DNA of 64,000 nt, from NCBI RefSeq assembly GCF_009914755.1, contig NC_060926.1; one strand, written 5' to 3'. Below the pieces are notes generated by a model. That model had not been told where the DNA came from and searched no databases. It was given only the letters and a program-made list of their open reading frames with translations. How positions within the stretch are numbered: the stretch's first letter is position 1; each line of letters begins with the position of its first letter. Below are positions 1 to 64,000 of the stretch, in pieces. The position numbers and the translations under genes were made by a program. This stretch comes from the human T2T-CHM13v2.0 reference genome, Homo sapiens.

Positions 1-497
1 CTGTTTTAATTTGCACTTATTTAATTATAGGTGAAGCTAAACATCTTTTCCTATGTTTATTGCCCAGTTGTATTTCCTCTTCAATTTCTTGCCTATTCAA
101 GTTTTTTTGTTTATTTCTTTACTGAGTTGATCATTTTTTTTCTTTCTGGCTTGTAAGGGCTCTTTGTACATCAGAAAAATTCTATTGTCTTCCCAATCTC
201 CTACAATGTTAATTTCATCCTCTCGCTACTGGAATTTTACTCTCAATTTATTATAAGTTTCTACTGCAAAGCTCTTTTTTATTCTTAATTCTCCATGATC
301 ACTTCAGCATTTGGGATTACTGAACAGCTCTTTCTTAAAATTTTCTACTCACTTCCTTTTCATAATACTGATTTATTTCATTTCTCTCTGTTTCTTAAAT
401 TAAGAAAAATTATCTTAATTTTTCTCCTCTATCTTTACTTTCTATTCCTCTTCCTATTAACGTACCCAAAGTTATATCCATTGTTCTCTCTATACCA

Positions 498-3990
<3,493 letters not shown>

Positions 3991-4339
3991 GAAAGATTGG
4001 TTTTAAAAACGAGTATTTTGAGATGATGAGAAAACGAGAGGGTTTCTGCCAGTTGTCCTTTCTCCCAGTGAAACAGGATTAGAGATTCTCTTTAATGACA
4101 GTAAAATTTGGTGATTGTGACATTTCCAAGTTCTGTTGATTGATTCATCATCTTCCCTCCATCATACACGTCTAAGGGCAGAGTGAACTTCCATCCTGAA
4201 GGCTCCGCGCTTAGTTTTCGCAGATTAATAGCTCACCAAGAATTTATCATCTTTTCTTTCCACTAACTCGAAACCAATCTAAATTCTTTCCAAACATCTT
4301 CTCAACGTAGTCTCCTTTGATGAAATTTACTGTTTCGGA

Positions 4340-4530
4340 TTCTAGACTTGGCTCTTACCAACTTAACTTTCGGTTAATAGCTTAATACCTCTGATTCAGG
4401 TTTTTGCATTTGTCAACTACCATTGAATGATAATTTCAATGAGTTCGTTCTTATGAGGATCAAATGAAATAACATCTGTGAAAACCTCTTACAAAGTTTA
4501 AGCAAATAGTGCTAAGCAATCACCAAGCGT
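4340..4530. repeat. MIR-like SINE upstream of the NRBP1 promoter
   Basis: CTTAATACCTCTGATTCAGGTTTTTGCATTTGT...TTATGAGGATCAAATGAAATAACATCTGTGAAA. Confidence 0.55.
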
Positions 4531-4559
4531 TAACTACTAATTTTCAGTGTTAGGTAATT

Positions 4560-5900
4560 TTTAAAAGCTTTCCGGAGAATTGGCGTCCTGCACACCAGTC
4601 TCGTTCCAAAATAATGCAGGCGGGGGCTGGGGTGGGGGCGCTCCTCTCGGACTGAGGCTATGTCTTTCGCTCCTTTTGTCTTTTCCAGGCATTAGAACTG
4701 TCATGGCGCCTTCAAGAAGAGGTAGGAGGCCCTCTCTGCGTCCAGCAGAACCATCTGGGGCACCTGGACCGGGCGGTGGGGTGGACAGAGAGACGAGCCC
4801 CAGCTGGGACCGAAAACATCGACCCCTCCGAGAGGTCTCGGCCGGACCGGCGCAAGGGGAGGAGAGCGGGTGGAAGCCTACCCCAGCGAACGCCCGAGGG
4901 CCGGGCCCCGCCCACCCAGAACGTCACCCAATGGAAACCTGCCGGCGGTGCGGCACCGCCCATCGTTGGTCCGGGCGCCGCGAGGGCGGGGCCCGCAGTT
5001 CGGTTGCGCTGCGGAGCGCAGCTGTGAGGGAGTCGCTGTGATCCGGGGCCCCGGAACCCGAGCTGGAGCTGAAGCGCAGGCTGCGGGGCGCGGAGTCGGG
5101 AGGTGAGCGCCCAGGGAAAAGAGGGCCCGGGAGGGAGGGGTTCGCGAGAGGACGGAAGGATCGGCCTCCGAGGCCCGGGACGGTGGGACCCGCCAGCCGG
5201 GTGCTGAAGGCGGCCCTGCTCACTCAGTAGCCCAGGCCCGATCGGGCCCTGCCTGCTGGAGCCGAGGGGCCGCTTCGGCCCCGCAGTCGCTGCTTAGCCC
5301 TCCCTGGCGTCTCTGGCTTGGCGGCGGCGCCCCGGGATTCTGCGGGCGCGGGTCGGGAGGCCCTGGCGTTCGCTTGGAACTCCGGCTGCGAGAGGCGGGG
5401 CCCGGCGGGTGGGGGCGGGGGCGGGGGCGGCGGTCGCGGCCCGGCGGCCTGCGGAAGCTCGGCGGCCTGGCCTGGCCTGCTCGCGGGGAGGTGCGCAGAC
5501 TGCGCGGGGGCGTGGCCTGCGCCCCTGACTGCGCTGTCGGTCCGGCCTTTGATGAGGTGGCCGCCGCTGGCTCCCTGGGCCCCAGCCTGGTTCCCGCGCG
5601 GGCCGCGGCTGCCTTCCAGACGCAGGGCATGCGACCTGTTGGAGTGTGAAATTCTATGGGCCGGGTTCCTCCCCAGAGCGGTTTTATTTCCGACTGGACT
5701 GTGCTGCGGGTCTCAGAGGCCCTCTGGTCCGTTCAGGGTGAGGACAGCTGAGAGGCCTGGGCCCGTGAGCTCTTGCAGAGGAGTTGACACGCAGAGGGGC
5801 TGCTGTCCAATAAACGAAAGTGTCGGGGAAAAACTTTGCAGGGCGATCTGCATTACTCCAAAGTGAACACACTGCATGTCTCAGGGTGGCTGGAGGCGGC
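4560..5900. promoter_or_regulatory. CpG island / NRBP1 promoter
   Basis: Very GC- and CpG-rich. CGTCA half-CRE and CCAAT near 4922-4932, GC boxes (GGGCGGGG) near 4984 and 5410-5430, no obvious TATA box. Confidence 0.9.
4990..5102 (+). other. NRBP1: NRBP1 non-coding exon 1 (5' end approximate)
   Basis: Lies in the CpG island and ends at a strong donor GAG|GTGAGC (5102/5103). It splices to the acceptor TGCAG|GCC at 9629. Confidence 0.75.
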
Positions 5901-6816
5901 GAGGAGAATCCCCTTATGGGAGTATATGAGCTTTTCCATGTGTTATCTCTTTAAAACCTCTCAGCGGCTCCGAGACAAAACTCCCAGTGTCGCAGAGGTT
6001 TCTTCATCAATAGGAGTAGTGCTGGAGAATCTTGGGCACTGCCCTCATTTTGCCTGCGAAGGAAAAATTAGGAAGGGATAAAAAGTCACAAAAATTAGGA
6101 AGGTGGGGGGGATAAGCAAATTCCAAGGGCATCTATCTCTGATGAAGGGTTGGTGTCTCCTGTGGTGCCCTACTGTGGATTAGTTATTTGTGTCCTCGGT
6201 CCAGAAGTTTCTCTGGAGCCCATTGGCTACAGCTTTCCTGTATTAGAATTCTACTGTTATTTCCTACTGTAGTCTGGCTGGGAATTTTATTTAGTTGTTC
6301 AGATTTTAGATGCATTCAGTGAATGCAGCTGCTCAAGGAAGTAACTAATAGTGTCTTACCATTTTCTTAGCTACTTTTCAGAAGAAGGAACATGATCTCT
6401 AACAGAAGTTTTCTGGTAGATTACTAAAACAGGCAGATAGTAGCTTTCCTGGCTGGCTGAGTTAAATCCCTCTCCAGCGATCCTCCCACTTCAGCCTCCT
6501 AAGTAGCTGGGATTACAGGCATGAGCCAGCGCGCCTGGCAAATCTCTCTAGAATAAGTCAGGATCTAGAAAATAACATAGGGAAAGAATATCTTGCCAGA
6601 TTTCCTCTGTACTGCCTATTGCTCTTTGGTATTTACTAGACTGTCTTCTAATAAAAATCTCCTGAGTTGAGTTAAACGTAGTGTAGATTGGGGGCAGAGA
6701 TGGGCACAAATGGGCATCAGAGAGTTCTAAAAATAAATGTGGGCTTTTCAAAAGATTGGTGTGTTGACTGGAGACTTCTGAACTTAGAGGAGCACATTTA
6801 GTTTCCAGGGTATCAG

Positions 6817-18165
<11,349 letters not shown>

Positions 18166-18587
18166 AGCTCACTCGGGCCAGGCCCTGATCTGCGCTGTGG
18201 CTGTCCCTGGACGTGCTGCAGCCCTCCTGTCCCTTCCCCCCAGTCAGTATTACCCTGTGAAGCCCCTTCCCTCCTTTATTATTCAGGAGGGCTGGGGGGG
18301 CTCCCTGGTTCTGAGCATCATCCTTTCCCCTCCCCTCTCTTCCTCCCCTCTGCACTTTGTTTACTTGTTTTGCACAGACGTGGGCCTGGGCCTTCTCAGC
18401 AGCCGCCTTCTAGTTGGGGGCTAGTCGCTGATCTGCCGGCTCCCGCCCAGCCTGTGTGGAAAGGAGGCCCACGGGCACTAGGGGAGCCGAATTCTACAAT
18501 CCCGCTGGGGCGGCCGGGGCGGGAGAGAAAGGTGGTGCTGCAGTGGTGGCCCTGGGGGGCCATTCGATTCGCCTCAGTTGCTGCTGT

Positions 18588-18593
18588 AATAAA
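18588..18593 (+). terminator. NRBP1 polyadenylation signal AATAAA
   Basis: AATAAA about 420 nt after the stop codon, followed by T-rich and GT-rich sequence. Confidence 0.85.
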
Positions 18594-18765
18594 AGTCTAC
18601 TTTTTGCTAAAAGCGTCGTGTGTTCGCGCCTTTCCCGCCAGGGGGAGCGGGCCCGGGGCGGAGGCGGGGCCCAGGTGGGAGGGGGACCCGGGACGGAGGC
18701 GGGGCCCAGGTTGGGGCGGGGCCGGGCCCAGGTACAGCGGCCCTGCGGCTGGCGCGGCGGACGGG

Positions 18766-20409
<1,644 letters not shown>

Positions 20410-20538
20410 GACAGGTAATGGGCCTTGAAGGTGGTGGCCCGGGTAAGAGCGGGGACAAGGAAGTGCTCTTAGAACTGGGTCTAGGTCTTGCCATGCTGCT
20501 TTCCCCTCTGACCTGGGTTGGTTCTCCCCTCTGTCCAG

Positions 20539-20650
20539 CAGGTGCTGTTCCGAGACTCAGTCCTAAAGGGTTTTTTTTCCCACTAAGCAAGGGGCCCTGA
20601 CCTCGGGATGAGATAACAAATTGTAATAAAGTAACTTCTCTTTTCTTCTA
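20539..20650 (+). other. KRTCAP3: KRTCAP3 3'UTR terminal exon with AATAAA at 20625-20630
   Basis: Donor CAG|GTAATG at 20414, tandem acceptor CAGCAG at 20536-20541, then AATAAA. Confidence 0.75.
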
Positions 20651-20742
20651 CTTGATTATGATTCCTTTTGGGGAAAAGGCACTGTGTGGTGTTGGGAATG
20701 ACTTTGATCAAAGAATACAGTGGTCTCAATTATTTATAAAAC

Positions 20743-20748
20743 TTTAAT
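20743..20748 (-). terminator. IFT172 polyadenylation signal ATTAAA
   Basis: TTTAAT on + strand, about 37 nt past the stop codon, giving a very short 3'UTR. Confidence 0.7.
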
Positions 20749-20784
20749 GAGGGAGAGGCCCTAACTCTTCCTCAGCTCTACCGA

Positions 20785-61915
<41,131 letters not shown>

Positions 61916-63316
61916 CTAGCTTCATTAATTCTAGTGTAATACTGGTCAATTTTCTTCCTGTCACGGTTCTATCCTCAAAACAAAGAGATGCCTGTGGCCC
62001 ATGCTGGTCTCCAAGGCCTTCAGATCCTGGACTGTGAGAACAACAGGCTTCTAGAGACTCATATGCAAATGCACTAAGAGGCAGGGTGCTAAGTCAACTG
62101 TATCAATGAATCCCTGCAACGGCCTCCTCGTTTCCAGGTCTGCTACTGAAATAAATTCAATTAGTCTGGTAAGTTTTGGTCATTAGCCATTCATTCAATT
62201 AATATTTTTTTAGCACCTTATTGATCAAGGCACTTGGCCAGGGGCTGAGAGAGAGACAAAAAGCAAACCATAGATCCTGCCTCCACGTCTAATAAGATGG
62301 TGCAAAATAGAAAAGTCCTATTAAAGTATGTATAAAGTACTACAATAGTTTGGAGAAGCCTGAGAGAATTTTATGCTTAAATTATCAAAATTAAGCTTTG
62401 AAGAATGAATGCAGTTGAGTAGGAAGTTATCTGAGATGGGAGGAATGGCAATGAGCAAAGGCAAATTCTGGACAAGAAACAGTAATTTAGTTTATTTGAA
62501 ACTATTATACCTTATAAATAGTAGAATAGACGGGGTAAGGCAGGAAAAACAGGCCAGCTCAGGAAGTCTTTGAAGCCAGGCAAAGGAGTTTGGGCTTATT
62601 TGAAAGGAAAGGGAGAGACAGTGAGAGTTCAGGATGGGCGAGTACGAGTTGAGACTCAGGACGAATAATCCCACTTTCTTTTCTTCTTAACTACCCACTT
62701 CAGAGAAACCCAAGTTAGAAGTTATCTCCAGGTGAATTATTCTGACCAGATCTGACCCTTCCAACACTAGCTCTGGTCCTAAGGGACTAGCTCTGCTACT
62801 AAGGGTTTCCTTCCTTGAAAACAAAACATTTTATTCTGCTTTTCTTCTGCCCCAATTGTTTAATTATTTGGACACTAGAGTTCTGGCTTCAAACATTGAC
62901 ACTTTACACTCCAAACTCACCTATCTCCAAAGTCAGAAGTAAAAAGTCTATTTTCCTGCAAATCCTCAAACCAGAAAATAGCCACACCACCATCACTATG
63001 ATCCTCTAACTCTTCATTATATTAGGTTAGAAGGCCTGAGGGCTCCTCATCAATCTTTGCTGATCCTCCTGCTTTATCGCTTTGCCCAATTCTGGGCATT
63101 CAGCCCTACCTGCATCATGACATCATCTTATTTTGAGAGACTGAAGGAGGATTTCATTTCCAATTTTTCCATTAGGGCGGAGAAATTTTTAAAGTACAGA
63201 TTCAATGGACAGCTTGCTGAGCAATGAGCACAAATCTCTGTCTTTTTATTTTTTTCTCCAACTGAGGAGAGAGCACAACTATCTTTGTTCTAATTTCCTT
63301 CTTTTTTTTTTTTTGA

Positions 63317-63478
<162 letters not shown>

Positions 63479-64000
63479 TAGAGACATGGTTTCACCGTAT
63501 TGCCCAGGCTGGTCTTGAACTCCTGACCTCAAGTGATCCACTCACCTTGGCCTCCTGAAGTGCTGGGATTACAGGCGTGAGCCACCACGCCCGGCCTGTG
63601 TTCTCATTTCCTCCTATTGTCCAAATGCCACACCCTCTGTGAAGCCTTCCTGATTTCCATAATCAATTAATTCTCCTTTCTCTACAATATGTACCTCACT
63701 AGATTTTTTTATTAAGTGAGGTAGGGAATAAAATAATAAGAGCTTGCCTTTAACAAGTACTTACCATAGAATAGGCATTTTGATAAGTGCTTGACAAGCA
63801 TAATCTCATTTTACCTCATAACACTGAGGTAGATGCTATTATTATCCCCCTTTTACAGATAGATGAATGGAAGCCCAAAAAGATTAAGTAATTTGCCCAA
63901 GTTCACATATACAGTTTGTAAGTGGTAGGACCATGATTTATTTATTTAATTAATTTATTTTTTGAGGCAGAGTCTCGCTCTGTCACCCAGGCTGGAGTGC

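Noticed and set aside
4580-5872. Overlapping Arg/Gly/Pro-rich ORFs up to 182 aa
   Set aside because: Stop codons are scarce in a CpG island, and there is no domain signal.

Overview
Human (primate) genomic DNA, not prokaryotic. The gene order NRBP1(+) > KRTCAP3(+) < IFT172(-) matches chr2p23.3. Manual splicing gives the complete NRBP1 CDS (1608 nt, 535 aa pseudokinase) and the complete KRTCAP3 CDS (723 nt, 240 aa). It also gives IFT172 exons 2-48 (5211 nt); the 39-nt coding exon 1 lies beyond the right edge, for 1749 aa in total. Introns are Alu-dense. They hold a full 968-bp solo HERV-K LTR5_Hs, a young AluYb8, an Alu-interrupted RPS15A processed pseudogene, a U6 pseudogene, and MLT2, Tigger3, MER30, MER33, L1, L2 and MIR relics. 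I see no wholly new biological system in this well-studied locus. The most interesting signals are at the RNA-processing level: (1) a 24-nt NRBP1 microexon in the pseudokinase activation segment; (2) a + strand terminal exon overlapping IFT172 exon 43; (3) an upstream mini-exon that would extend NRBP1 in frame; (4) intronic polyadenylation that could give WD40-only IFT172; (5) a GC-AG intron; (6) very tight gene packing. Most supplied ORFs are Alu-derived or antisense artefacts.
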